In this document: positions 30,683 through 40,651 of the stretch, one piece after another
Position numbering within the stretch: the first letter of the stretch is position 1
How the letters are laid out: every line of letters begins with the position of its first letter
NCBI GenBank assembly: GCA_963794285.1
Contig: CAWCDS010000001.1
Coordinates: 235,088-299,087, forward strand
Source of the DNA: an uncultured Solirubrobacterales bacterium
GTDB lineage: Bacteria; Actinomycetota; Thermoleophilia; Solirubrobacterales; Solirubrobacteraceae
Direction of reading: 5' to 3'
Length of the DNA: 64,000 bases
Program-made: the position numbers and the translations under genes
Notes under the pieces: generated by a model
What the model saw: the letters and a program-made list of their open reading frames with translations, nothing else
The model's database searches: none
Told to the model about the DNA's origin: nothing

Positions 30683-32311
30683 ATGCGTCATATGCGCTGG
30701 CATCAAATATCCGCTGCGTTGACGGTCCCCGCCGTGACGCTGGCGGTATCGGCCGCGTGCGCGCGTTCGGCGATCGCGGCGGTCCGGCCGTCGTTGCGGC
30801 TGTTTGGCAGCGCCCGGCGGGTAACTGTGACGCAAAACGACCTGCGTTTTGGGACGGCCGATCTCGGGTTGTGGATCGCCTCCGTCAACGGCGGCTTTCA
30901 GATCGACGTCAAGCGGCCCGATTACGGTGCTTGGACCGCGTTCCAAGTCGACTCGGCGACGGCCGCCCCTCTGCGCCCCGTCCCGGGCGGACTAGTCGAT
31001 CCAATCCAGGGACTTAAGCGCTTCCTCAGCGTCCAGTTCGATGATGCTCACGGCCACATCGCGGCTCGGCGCCAGGTGACCTTCTGTCCGGATGGCCAGG
31101 CGTCCCGGGTCAATGACACCGGCCCGCTCAATCCAACCTATCTGAGCTTCTGCCAGGGATTCAGCCGTTTTCCGTTCGTCCGAGGAGAGGTGTGGGGCAT
31201 CGACGCAGGCTGGGCGGTCCCCCCAATCCTCGGGTCCGGGTCCGTCTCGGGCCTCCCCATCGGCGCTCTTCCCCCCGGCCCGCTTCCGCCAGGTTTCCTG
31301 GCGCCTTCGCGCCATGGCTGGGTTTCGTTGAAGCCTGGCCGATACACCGCGATCGTGAGCATCACCGGTCAGTACCGAAAGCTGTTCGGAATTGCGGCCG
31401 GACAGGCGGCGGCCAGGGTGGGGATGCGAGTGCTGTACTCGGCGCCGCCGCGCGTCCGCCCGCCCGTGGGCCCGCCCCGGAGTCGCAAACCAGAGGACGC
31501 GGGCGACGCTAGCGGCCCTCAAGTGGTCCCGACGGTAACAGCTCCTGTGCCGGCGTCGATGCCGAATCTTGTGGCCGCGCCGGCATGGGGAATCGCAATT
31601 CGCCGGCCACGTCGGTCGGTCGGCGTGCCGGTCGCCGGTCCGGGCGCGCCCGTGCCGATCAGCAGAACTGGCGGACCCGGTCGGCGCCCGCTCCGTGACC
31701 TTTTGACGTTCAGCGCGACGATCTGGAACGCCGGACCCGCGCAGCTTTCGATCGAGGGCTTTCGGCGAGCGCACGGCGATCTAATGGACGCCTACGAGTA
31801 TTTCTTCGATTCAACCGGGAACGTGGTCGGACGTGCGCCCGCCGGAACGCTTCAATATGACGATCGCTCGGGGCATAACCATTGGCACCTGCGGCAACTC
31901 GCCTCCTACGAGCTGGTGGGCAAGTCACGGACCATCATCAGTCAGAAGCAATCCTTCTGCATCGCTCCCACCGATCCAGTCGATCTCACAATGCCCGGCG
32001 CGCAGGAGTCGCAGCTCGCGCTCGGCTTCGGCGGAACCGTGTGCGATCTGTTCCAGCCCGGAGCGATCTGGATCCGCGAGCAGCTGCCTGCAGGTTGGGG
32101 AGACACCTATGTGCAGTCTGTCGCGGGTCAGGCGTTCGATATCACGAGCGTCCCGAACGGGACCTACAAGATCGTCGTGCGCGTCAACCCGCTTGGCCGA
32201 CTACACGAGACGAGCACCGCGGACGATCTCGCGGTCCGGCGGATTCGGCTGTCGGGCAGGCGGGGCGCGCGCCGGGTGGAAGTCGCCCCGTGGCACGGCA
32301 TCAACGGCTGA
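30683..32311 (+). CDS. secreted lysyl-oxidase-like protein
   Basis: GGGAGG RBS, signal peptide; GHNHWH copper motif, QKQSFC, GWGDTY, FDITSVPNGTYKIVVRVNP. Confidence 0.88.
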   Translation: MRHMRWHQISAALTVPAVTLAVSAACARSAIAAVRPSLRLFGSARRVTVTQNDLRFGTADLGLWIASVNGGFQIDVKRPDYGAWTAFQVDSATAAPLRPVPGGLVDPIQGLKRFLSVQFDDAHGHIAARRQVTFCPDGQASRVNDTGPLNPTYLSFCQGFSRFPFVRGEVWGIDAGWAVPPILGSGSVSGLPIGALPPGPLPPGFLAPSRHGWVSLKPGRYTAIVSITGQYRKLFGIAAGQAAARVGMRVLYSAPPRVRPPVGPPRSRKPEDAGDASGPQVVPTVTAPVPASMPNLVAAPAWGIAIRRPRRSVGVPVAGPGAPVPISRTGGPGRRPLRDLLTFSATIWNAGPAQLSIEGFRRAHGDLMDAYEYFFDSTGNVVGRAPAGTLQYDDRSGHNHWHLRQLASYELVGKSRTIISQKQSFCIAPTDPVDLTMPGAQESQLALGFGGTVCDLFQPGAIWIREQLPAGWGDTYVQSVAGQAFDITSVPNGTYKIVVRVNPLGRLHETSTADDLAVRRIRLSGRRGARRVEVAPWHGING

Positions 32312-32949
32312 CCCCGCTCCCGGTGTCTCGATCAGCAGCATGAACGGCACGACTCGACAAGCGCCCAGCCGGCGGCGGGATCGGTTCCCAGATAGACGCC
32401 GCCCGGTAAGCACCAACGCGATCGCATCACGGACCATCTCACCTCCCCGTCGAGCGTCTCACCGTTGCGTGTGCGCCTCCGGCAGCTCAGGCACGTGGGC
32501 ATACACCCAGGCCGTAGCCAGCATCTTCGAACACGACGGAGAAGGTGTGTGCGCCGTCACTGATCGGAACGGTACGGAAGTCCACCAAAGTCCAACCCGC
32601 CGCGTGCGACGAAATGGCATCGCCGCCCAGCTCATTCGCAGGTGTCTCAGTCGGGAAGCGGACGGTGCGTCGTGTCTCGAGTTTGGAGACGAGCACGTCG
32701 CTGGTCAAAGCCGGGTCGACACCTCATGTTCGCGCGGGTCTCCGATGTTGACGGGGGAGTGGTTTGCATATGTGCGGGAGCGGCATCGATTGCGAGCGGC
32801 GGCAGCGCCCAAAGTCGCCGCTCATCCCGCGAGCCGCGACCACAGCGACTCGCCGCCTATCGTTGGACCCGCGAGGGTTTCGGATGGCCGGCCGCCGCCT
32901 CCAGGGACACAAGTACCCGGCTTGCTCCGCTGCACGGCGGGCGCTGTCC

Positions 32950-33652
32950 CTACGCAGCCACGGCGGTGGCGTTCGCCGCGGTGACTATGCGCTCGTGAGT
33001 GTCCTCCGGGTGGGAGATCATCGCGCAGTGCCCGCTGGCGACCTCGATCGTGTCGGCTCCCATCCGCTGTGCAAACTGCCTCTCGGCATCGGGCGGAATC
33101 ACCTGGTCGTTCTGAGCGACCAGATACCACGAGGGCAGTGACTTCCACGCGGGGACGCCCATCACGTCATCGAACCTGGAGGTGTGCAGCGGCTGCTGCA
33201 CGGCGCACATGACCTTCGCCTTGACTGGGTCGACATCGGGGGCACAGTGGGCGAGGAAGCCGTCCTCGGGGATCCAGCCGAAGCCCTTCGAGTCGACATC
33301 GATATCCCCCAACGCCGGGGTCGGAGGAGCCTGCTGCAGCAGGGCGCCGATCGACTCGCCCTCGTCGAGGCCGAAGCCCGCGATGTATACGAGGCCGACG
33401 ACGTTCGGTGCGTCGGTGCCCAAGGAGGTGATCACCTGACCTCCGTAAGAGTGGGCGGACGAGAATCGTCGGGTTGTTTTGGCGACTGAGCAGGTGGCGG
33501 ACCCTCGCGACGTCATCTGCAAGCGAGGTCTCCGGCAGCTGAGGCGCGGTGACCTTGTAGCCGTCGGCTTGCAGGTGCTGGATGACGTTGCTCCAGCAGG
33601 AGCCGTCTGCCCAGGCTCCGTGAACAAGGACGATGTTCGGTGTTGCAGCCAT
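32950..33652 (-). pseudogene. alpha/beta hydrolase, frameshifted
   Basis: IVLVHGAWADGSCW in one frame; AHSYGG..D..GH in another; shift at about 33455. Confidence 0.88.
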
Positions 33653-33986
33653 GGAGTCGAATCCTCTTGTCGGGACATCAACGCTACAGCGCGCCGCGCC
33701 GCCCTGGGGACTCAGTGGATGTTCACCAGCCAGTGCACCGGTGAGGTGCCGCCGATAGGAAGTTGTGTGATTTGGATCGGGCTCTCACCGCAGAGCTCGA
33801 CGTCGCCACGGCTTGCCGCCGCTGCTCCTAGCTCGTGTGAGGGCGGACAGCCCGCCGTAACGGTCCAATCCGCCCGTCAAGGACTGCCTCCCATGCGATC
33901 GATCAGTCCCTCTGGGCTCAAAGCCGTAGCGCGCGAGGATCTGCCCGGTCGCCCGGCAGGCGGACGAAAGCGATGAGCCCGCCGGC

Positions 33987-34442
33987 TCAACGTGAGCTAC
34001 GCGCTGGGTCGCTGAGCGCGTCCTCGAGCAGCCCCAGGACGATCCCGAACACTGCGTGTCGGATCGTCGCCTGGCCGAAGGCTCGAGGGTTGGTCGCGAG
34101 CTTCGGCAGCTCCTTTCGAGCAGGGTGGTAGCGGTCGAACACCACGGTCAACGGCCATGCCACGACGTGCTCGATGAGGGCCGCCAGCAGGCCACGGAGG
34201 ACCGCCGGCCCGGGCAGGCATGGCTTGAGCCGCGCGTACGCGGCGCCCAAGATCGCGCCGTTCTGCACGTGGAGCGTGAAGCCGAGGGGTCGCCAGTGGT
34301 CGCCACGCGTAAAGAGCTTGCCCAGGATCTCGACGTCGTCGTACTTGGAGTCGAAGAGGCGTTTGTCGAGTGGCTGCTCCAGCGTCATCACCACCGCCGC
34401 GACCGCGCCCGCAACCCCCCCTCGCAAACTCGTCTGCAGCAT
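33987..34442 (-). CDS. hypothetical membrane protein
   Basis: GAVAAVVMTLEQPLDKRLF..YDDVEILGK...HAVFGIVLG, hydrophobic segments. Confidence 0.75.
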   Translation of the reverse strand: MLQTSLRGGVAGAVAAVVMTLEQPLDKRLFDSKYDDVEILGKLFTRGDHWRPLGFTLHVQNGAILGAAYARLKPCLPGPAVLRGLLAALIEHVVAWPLTVVFDRYHPARKELPKLATNPRAFGQATIRHAVFGIVLGLLEDALSDPARSSR

Positions 34443-34620
34443 TGGTCAAGCATGTCAGGGTCTCTGCGCTGGTACAACCGATGCCGACCAACGCCCGGAT
34501 CGGCGATCTGCCACGTGTTGAGGTGTCTGGCGGAACCCGGCCAAGCTGGTTGCACAGGTGATGTCGAGCTTGGCGGAGCCCTTAGGTGCGGGTGTGATCG
34601 CCCTCGACCGACCGCGGATT

Positions 34621-34998
34621 TCAAAGGATTGGGCGCACGATCAGCATCCCCCGGCTCGAAACGAGATGCTCCAGGTCATCCGCCAAGCGTTGAACGTGTT
34701 CGCTCCCCTGTTGCTCGAAGCGCCCCACTTCGACGATCTCGGCGATCAACACGTAATCGGCTTGACCAATGGCCTGTCCGGGTACATCCGCCGGTCGTGT
34801 AAGGCGCCAGTCCGACACCGTGTCCAGCGACCCGCGGACGATGTCACGATCCCCTGCCATCAGACGCTCAAAGTCCTCGGCCAGCTCCGGCGAGCGCAGC
34901 TGAAACCACATGAGCAGGGTCGCGGGAGGGCTGATCCACGCAGCGTAGTGCACAATCGCACCTCGATCGCTTACGACGCCTGGGTCGCTGTTTCGCAC
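34621..34998 (-). CDS. dimeric alpha+beta barrel (REDY/EthD-like) protein
   Basis: LMWFQLRSPELAEDFERLM...ADYVLIAEI; start uncertain. Confidence 0.55.
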   Translation of the reverse strand: MRNSDPGVVSDRGAIVHYAAWISPPATLLMWFQLRSPELAEDFERLMAGDRDIVRGSLDTVSDWRLTRPADVPGQAIGQADYVLIAEIVEVGRFEQQGSEHVQRLADDLEHLVSSRGMLIVRPIL

Positions 34999-35049
34999 TC
35001 AGAGCTCGTCAGCGATCCTGTGGACATCTCCCAAACAGGAAGGAGTGTC

Positions 35050-35808
35050 ATGAAGATCGTGGTCATCGGTGGGAGCGGGCTCATCGGCCGCAACGTCGTC
35101 AGCCGGCTGGTCGCACAAGGGCACGATCCGGTGCCGGCCTCGCCCGCTACGGGCGTCGACACGATCACGGGCGAGGGCCTCACAGACGTGCTGGTCGGCG
35201 CCGACGTAGTCGTCGACGTTTCCAACGCGCCGGTCTGGGACGACGACGCGGTCATGAAGTTCTTCACCACCTCGTCGCGCAACCTGCTGGCGGCCGAGCG
35301 CGATGCTGGCGTCGGCCACCACGTTGCGGTATCGATCGTCGGCGCCGACCGCCTGCCCGACAGCGGCTACCTCCGCGCCAAGGTCGCCCAAGAGGCCGAA
35401 ATCGAGGCTGGGGCCATCCCCTACACCATCCTGCGTGCCACGCAGTTCTTCGAGTTCCTGTCCCAGATCGTCGAGGCCGGCGCCGAGCGCGACAGCGTCC
35501 GGCTATCGACCGGGCTGATCCAGTTCGTCGCCGCCAACGACGTCGCGGCGACAGTGGCCGAGCTCGCGATCAGCGCGCCGGTCGGCGGCCGCATCGAGCT
35601 GGGAGGACCCGAGGCGCTGGGCATCGACGCCTGGGCGCGACGGCTGTTCGCGGCAACCGGCGATAGCCGCGTAGTGATCGCTGACCCGCACGCCCGGTAC
35701 TACGGCACGGAGCTGCACGGCGGCGAGCTGACGCCGGGCGAGGGCGCCCGAATCGGGAAGGCCGACTTCGATACGTGGTTCGCCGCAAACCAGCAGGACG
35801 CCCCCTGA
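35050..35808 (+). CDS. NmrA-like/atypical SDR NAD(P)-binding oxidoreductase
   Basis: AGGAG RBS; MKIVVIGGSGLIG Rossmann motif, GYLRAKVAQE, RATQFFEF. Confidence 0.93.
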   Translation: MKIVVIGGSGLIGRNVVSRLVAQGHDPVPASPATGVDTITGEGLTDVLVGADVVVDVSNAPVWDDDAVMKFFTTSSRNLLAAERDAGVGHHVAVSIVGADRLPDSGYLRAKVAQEAEIEAGAIPYTILRATQFFEFLSQIVEAGAERDSVRLSTGLIQFVAANDVAATVAELAISAPVGGRIELGGPEALGIDAWARRLFAATGDSRVVIADPHARYYGTELHGGELTPGEGARIGKADFDTWFAANQQDAP

Positions 35809-35922
35809 GCGCAAACGCCACCTCGGTCGCACCCGCGTTCCTCGCGGAATGAGTGTCTTGTTGCTCCAACGGACCGTCCTGCTAAGCGCGCGGCGAGAAG
35901 GGCCTGACGGTGTACAGCTGAG

Positions 35923-36020
35923 CGTCCGCAACCCGATCGATGAGCGGGACGGTCACGCGCGTCCTCTGCGGCGGTTCCCTGCTGGCGTCGCCGCGTCGCA
36001 AGCGACGACGCATTGTGCGC
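35923..36020 (+). repeat. boundary motif pair (period 71)
   Basis: CGTCCGCAA-CCCGATCGATGAGCGGGACG and CGTCGCAAGC at 35994. Confidence 0.8.
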
Positions 36021-36025
36021 GATCG

Positions 36026-36730
36026 TTAGGCCACGCGTTGGGCGTGGAGTACGACGTCGTGGGTGTGGTGAGCGCCCGCTCCGGTGCTCAGATCGCGGGG
36101 TCGCCGCTCGTCAAACGCGACCTGCCAACCCTCATCCAGGAGGGCGGCTACGTCGCGCGGGCTGACGTAGTCGGTCGGGTCAAAACCGTGAGCCTTGGCC
36201 GTTTCGATCGCAGCGTCGGTGAGCAAGTGATGCACCACCAGCAGGTGTCCTGCGGGAGCGACAGCAGCAAGGAGCGCGCGTTCGGCTTCGTCGGCCGGGG
36301 TGCGCAGCAGTGCCGGGTATTGGGCGGACACCAGATCAAACGCGCCTCGGGGCAGCGGCGCGTCCAGCAGCCCGGCGTGCATCCACTCCACGTGTGCGCC
36401 CGCGTTCTGGGCAGCAGCTTCGGCACGCTGTAACGCCACCGTGGACACGTCGATCGCGGTGACCTGCCAGCCCTGGCCGGCCAGCCAGATCGCATCGGCG
36501 CCTTCGCCGCAGCCGACATCAAGCGCCCGCCCCGGCGACAGGCCGCCCACCTCAGCCACGAGCGTCGCGTTCGGCTGACCGCTCCACACCTGGTCAGTGC
36601 TCCCGTACCGCTCGTCCCACTCGCCGTCGCCGACGTCTGCACCCGCGAGCGCCCTGCCGGGCTCAGGCCCTGAGGCCGGCGAGTCGGGATCTGGCTCTAC
36701 GGAGCGGTGCGTCACGGTGATATCCCTCAA
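36026..36730 (-). CDS. class I SAM-dependent methyltransferase
   Basis: WDERY..VWSGQPN, ALDVGCGEGADAIWLA, FDLVSAQY. Confidence 0.93.
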   Translation of the reverse strand: MRDITVTHRSVEPDPDSPASGPEPGRALAGADVGDGEWDERYGSTDQVWSGQPNATLVAEVGGLSPGRALDVGCGEGADAIWLAGQGWQVTAIDVSTVALQRAEAAAQNAGAHVEWMHAGLLDAPLPRGAFDLVSAQYPALLRTPADEAERALLAAVAPAGHLLVVHHLLTDAAIETAKAHGFDPTDYVSPRDVAALLDEGWQVAFDERRPRDLSTGAGAHHTHDVVLHAQRVA

Positions 36731-36892
36731 GGGTCGCAGGCTGGCACGGACTCATCGCCTGATCCGCACGGGTCGTGCTTCAGAGTCTGCCACCCCCGCC
36801 AGCCATTCGCGCGGGCCCGCATAAAGGCCAGTCATCGTGAGCGGCCCCACCCCAGCTGCTCGCCCGCGACCGTGACGATCAGACCGAGGGGG

Positions 36893-36991
36893 CGTCTCAC
36901 GCAGGATCGACCAGCGGACGGTCCCTAGCGTCCTCTGCGGCCGTTCCTTGACGGCCTCGCCGCGTCGCACAACGGGACCGCCGCCGGTCAT
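36893..36991 (+). repeat. boundary motif pair (period 70)
   Basis: CGTCTCACGC-AGGATCGACCAGCGGACG and CGTCGCACAA-CGGGACCGCCGCCGG. Confidence 0.85.
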
Positions 36992-37112
36992 CCGAGGCGG
37001 CTGCGGGCTCCAGGCGAGGCGAAGCTGGCTACGAAGAAAACGTCGTTTCGTCTGGCGGCGATCAGCGCTTCCAGCCAAACCGTGCACCTGAGTTGCGCGG
37101 ATCTCGCGCAGG

Positions 37113-37727
37113 ATGACTGAAGCGGCCGTCTCCAGCCTCGAGCGGGACAAGATCGTTCAAGCTGTCATCGGCATGTACGACAGTCCGGCAGAGCAAACCG
37201 ATGGTGCTTCGAGGCGGTCGGTCGTGCTGGTGACCGGCATGTCAGGCAGCGGAAAGTCGACCGTGCTCGCCGAACTGAAACGCCGCGGGCACCGCGTCAT
37301 TGACACCGACGATCCCGGTTGGATCGTCGAGACCCACACTGTCGGCGGGCCTGAGCCGGTCTGGGACCTCGAACAGATCAAGACGCTCATCGACGGCCAC
37401 CGCACGGGGTGGCTCTTCATCGCCGGCTGTGTGGCGAATCAGGGCGCTGTCTATGACCGCTTCGACGCTGTCGTGCTGCTGAGCGCGCCGGTCGACGTCA
37501 TCCTCGATCGAGTCGCCGACCGGGCGAATCCGTTCGGCTCCACGGTGGAAGACCGGACGAAAATCGCCAAGGACCTCGCGGCGTTCGAGCCGCTGCTGCG
37601 TGCGGGCGCGGATCGCGAGATCGTGACGACGGAGCCCGTCCCCGAAGTCGCCGCAACGCTCGAACAGGTCGCGAGCAATGCCGGTCGTCGAGACCCGCTT
37701 CGGTCGCGCCGCGCGCATCGCACCTGA
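37113..37727 (+). CDS. P-loop nucleoside/shikimate-kinase-like (AAA_18) protein
   Basis: VLVTGMSGSGKST Walker A, IDTD, FDAVVLLSAP..R...R.NPFG. Confidence 0.88.
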   Translation: MTEAAVSSLERDKIVQAVIGMYDSPAEQTDGASRRSVVLVTGMSGSGKSTVLAELKRRGHRVIDTDDPGWIVETHTVGGPEPVWDLEQIKTLIDGHRTGWLFIAGCVANQGAVYDRFDAVVLLSAPVDVILDRVADRANPFGSTVEDRTKIAKDLAAFEPLLRAGADREIVTTEPVPEVAATLEQVASNAGRRDPLRSRRAHRT

Positions 37728-37768
37728 CTCGCCCGGAGCCGCCGCCCATTGCGCGGATGGCAGGTCTC

Positions 37769-37797
37769 CGTCGCACAAGCCGATCGACCAACGGACG
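37769..37797 (+). repeat. boundary motif
   Basis: CGTCGCACAA-GCCGATCGACCAACGGACG. Confidence 0.85.
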
Positions 37798-37888
37798 CTT
37801 TTGGCGTCCGCGTGGACGCTGCTCGGCGGTGCTTCTTCCAGCGGTCGAAGCTGGTTTGGGCAACCGCTGTGCGGCCGTCGTGGTCGCG

Positions 37889-38094
37889 TCAGGTTGGGTC
37901 GTGGCGGGCTCGGGCGATCTCGCGGTAGATCGTCGCGCGGCTGACCGAGAACAGCTCGGCGAGCTCAGCGATCGTGTGCTCGCCTGCCTGGGCGAGCCCA
38001 GGACGTGGACGCGTTGGCGGGTGCTCAGCTTGGGCGCCTTGCCTCTGAGCCTGCCGTTGGCCCGTGCGATCGCCATTCCTTCTCTCGTGCACAT
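37889..38094 (-). pseudogene. serine recombinase (resolvase) C-terminal fragment
   Basis: TREGMAIARANGRLRGKAPKLS / GEHTIAELAELFSVSRATIYREIAR (HTH_7), frameshifted, catalytic domain absent. Confidence 0.85.
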
Positions 38095-38171
38095 CCGACA
38101 TGTGGTGGGCAGCGCTGGGAGCGTGCTAGCCTGCGCGCGGATCGGGGAGCAAACGGACGGAAGGCGAGGCT

Positions 38172-39704
38172 ATGAGAGCTTCGGGGCGTGTGAGCGGGCG
38201 ACTGGCGTGGTCGCTGGTAGCGAGCATTCTTGTCCTCGGGTTCGGCGTCGCGCCGACGTCGTGGGCGTCGGAGCCGCTCAAGGTGGTCATGGAGTTCGAT
38301 GGATCGGGAACGTTCTCGGCGACCAACGGCGCCGGTACCGAGACGCCGGAGCACGCCGACGTCCAGCTCAAGTGGAGCACGACATACGTCGGCGAGCTCC
38401 AGCCCGACGGGTCGATCGCGTTCCAGGCAACGGGTGCCTCCGCGACCGGCGAGGTCGGCCAGACGACCGCTCCGCCGCCCGGGACGTTTCACTTCTCCAG
38501 CATCGGGCTTGACACTGCCGACTGCACCGGACCGCTCCCCCTCGCTCCGGGGGCGCCAGCGCCGGTAGCAACCGACTCGGGTGGCACACTCACGGTCCAG
38601 TCGATCACCGCCGTGGACCAGAACAATAACGCTGGTCAGATCAACTGCCAGGGCACCGACCCTCTCCGAGACTCGATCGACCTGAGCGCGGACGCCGCGA
38701 ACCTGGCCGGGGCATTCGGACCATCGCTGCCGGACGTACTGAGCGCGCGGATCTCCGTTCCCGCCGACGCGCTCAAGTCAGGCACGTTCACCAAGGCTTT
38801 CACCAAGGCTGTCAGCAACGCGGACGCACCGCAGGAGCTGCCGTCCTCGTGCGCGGATCAGTTCGGGCTTCCGGAGGGCCAGTGCCCGATGAGCCTGAAC
38901 TGGACCGGGACGATCAAGATCTCGCTACCGTGCGGCGTGGTCAGCTCCAGCGAGGGCGACGCGCCGCCCGTGGGCACGATCGTCAATCCGGGCGACACCG
39001 TTTCAACAGGAGCCAATTCGCGGGTCGAGATCACGCTCCCTGACGGCAGCGTCTACCAGCTCGCGCCCAACAGCAGCATGCAGTGCGACGGACAGACCAC
39101 GTTCGCGCAGAACCCCCGCGGCATTGCCGACGAGTTCAAGTTGCTGCTCGGCCACATCTGGGCTGCGACCACCAGCGCGGTTGGCGGCGACCACGAGTTC
39201 GTGGAGCCTGCTGGATCTGAAGCCTCTCCCGGCGTCCGAGGGAGCGCATTCACAGCATCGATCGGGGCGGACGGCCGGATGTTCTTCCATGTGATCGAGG
39301 GGACCGGGTTCGTCCGGATCGCGGGTCGGCCGCAGTTTGATTTTCCGGCAGGAGAGGGCGTCAGCATCCAAGGGTCTCATTACGTCCTGACGATGAGCTG
39401 GCCGGCGGCGGACCAGACGCTCGTCCCGGTCGGGCAGCTGCCTCCCGGGCTCACCCGCGTCCGCCTGCTCGGCGCGCGTGCTGGCAACCGGGCGACACTC
39501 CGCTTCAGGCTCAGCGAGAACGCGACGGTGACCGTGCAGATCCAGCGCGGCAGGCGCCGGGTGCTCAACCGCAGGGCCGCCGCATGGCGCGGGACGGACT
39601 CGATCAAGCTGACCGCGCTCCCTCGAGGCCGCTACACGCTGACGCTGTTCGCAAACGCGAACGGCCGCGCCGCAGCGGCGCAGCTGGGGTTCCACGTCTC
39701 GTGA
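38172..39704 (+). CDS. secreted FecR-domain protein
   Basis: Signal peptide; GDTVSTGANSRVEITLPDGS...GVRGSAF...VIEG FecR pattern; C-terminal Ig-like strand set. Confidence 0.8.
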   Translation: MRASGRVSGRLAWSLVASILVLGFGVAPTSWASEPLKVVMEFDGSGTFSATNGAGTETPEHADVQLKWSTTYVGELQPDGSIAFQATGASATGEVGQTTAPPPGTFHFSSIGLDTADCTGPLPLAPGAPAPVATDSGGTLTVQSITAVDQNNNAGQINCQGTDPLRDSIDLSADAANLAGAFGPSLPDVLSARISVPADALKSGTFTKAFTKAVSNADAPQELPSSCADQFGLPEGQCPMSLNWTGTIKISLPCGVVSSSEGDAPPVGTIVNPGDTVSTGANSRVEITLPDGSVYQLAPNSSMQCDGQTTFAQNPRGIADEFKLLLGHIWAATTSAVGGDHEFVEPAGSEASPGVRGSAFTASIGADGRMFFHVIEGTGFVRIAGRPQFDFPAGEGVSIQGSHYVLTMSWPAADQTLVPVGQLPPGLTRVRLLGARAGNRATLRFRLSENATVTVQIQRGRRRVLNRRAAAWRGTDSIKLTALPRGRYTLTLFANANGRAAAAQLGFHVS

Positions 39705-39951
39705 GCTAATCCGATTGCTCATCACCGAGCGCGCCCCGTCCCGAGACTCCTGTCAGGGTGCACGACAGTGGCCCTGCAGCGAACCGAACGGACCGCCACC
39801 CGCCGACATCAGCGGACGACCACGGGATCTTCCGGACCTCGCAGCTAGCAGACGAAGCGCTGCAGTGCCAGCGATCGCCCGACGCTGATGACGCCTGCAC
39901 GCCCGCTTCCCACGAGCGGAAGTTGTCAGGGATGGCCCAACGCGACGACCA

Positions 39952-39979
39952 CGTCCGCAAGCCGATGGCTGACCGAACG
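39952..39979 (+). repeat. boundary motif
   Basis: CGTCCGCAA-GCCGATGGCTGACCGAACG. Confidence 0.8.
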
Positions 39980-40003
39980 CGGCGAGCGCCCCTTACGGTG
40001 GCC

Positions 40004-40195
40004 TCAAACTGGCCGCGTCGAGTCGTGCTGCTGCGTTCTCGGCAGAGACCACGCGAGCAGCCACAGTGCTGCCTGTTCGTCCTCATCGAGCGCGGCCGGC
40101 TCGATCACCGTCTCCTCGATGTCTCGAAGGCCGAACCCGGCCCGGGACTTGGAGATGATCTTGTCTCGCAGATCGGTCGCGCTTGCGGACATCAA
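40004..40195 (-). CDS. small hypothetical protein
   Basis: 63 aa, LRDIEETVIEPAALDEDEQAALWLLAWS; GAGG upstream. Confidence 0.6.
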   Translation of the reverse strand: MMSASATDLRDKIISKSRAGFGLRDIEETVIEPAALDEDEQAALWLLAWSLPRTQQHDSTRPV

Positions 40196-40566
40196 TCTTC
40201 GCCTCGGGGCCGATTGGTCGGTGGCAGTTGCACGTTAGGACGCCCCGGCGGGCGCACGGGCTGTGTAGAGGATTTGCGCAGGATCGCCGGCGCGAACGCT
40301 GACCGCGCCGGCACCCGAATCACTCGAGGACGGTGTGGCCGTCATCGCGCGGGCCCTGTCGAGGCCAGCAGCGATCCTCGAGCTTGGCGGGGGCGGGTGT
40401 TGGTCATCGCGGATCCCGATGAAGCGATAAGACCGCCGCTCACGAGCTTGTCGGCGAGTGACCCCGCGCTGCGATCCCGTCGAGTCCGGGCTCGGAGAAG
40501 ATCGCCCAGGGGAGGTGCAGCGACGCGCCGTGGATTGCATTGCACGAGTGCGCAGTGCTGGCGCCT

Positions 40567-40596
40567 CGTCGCACAAGCCCAAAGGTCAAGCGAACG
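40567..40596 (+). repeat. boundary motif
   Basis: CGTCGCACAA-GCCCAAAGGTCAAGCGAACG. Confidence 0.75.
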
Positions 40597-40651
40597 GGAT
40601 GCACGTCGGGTTGCGCGGAAGCGGGTGGATCGGTTCGGTCACACTTCTGCC

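Noticed and set aside
38787-38810. 12-bp tandem duplication (FTKA x2); also CTTAGC x3 at about 21289
   Set aside because: Isolated slippage events with no evidence of phase variation.
39758-40620. 575-aa ORF as a fusion protein
   Set aside because: The N-terminal ~290 aa is Arg-rich read-through crossing boundary motifs and an antisense gene; only the 3' part is a nucleotidyltransferase.
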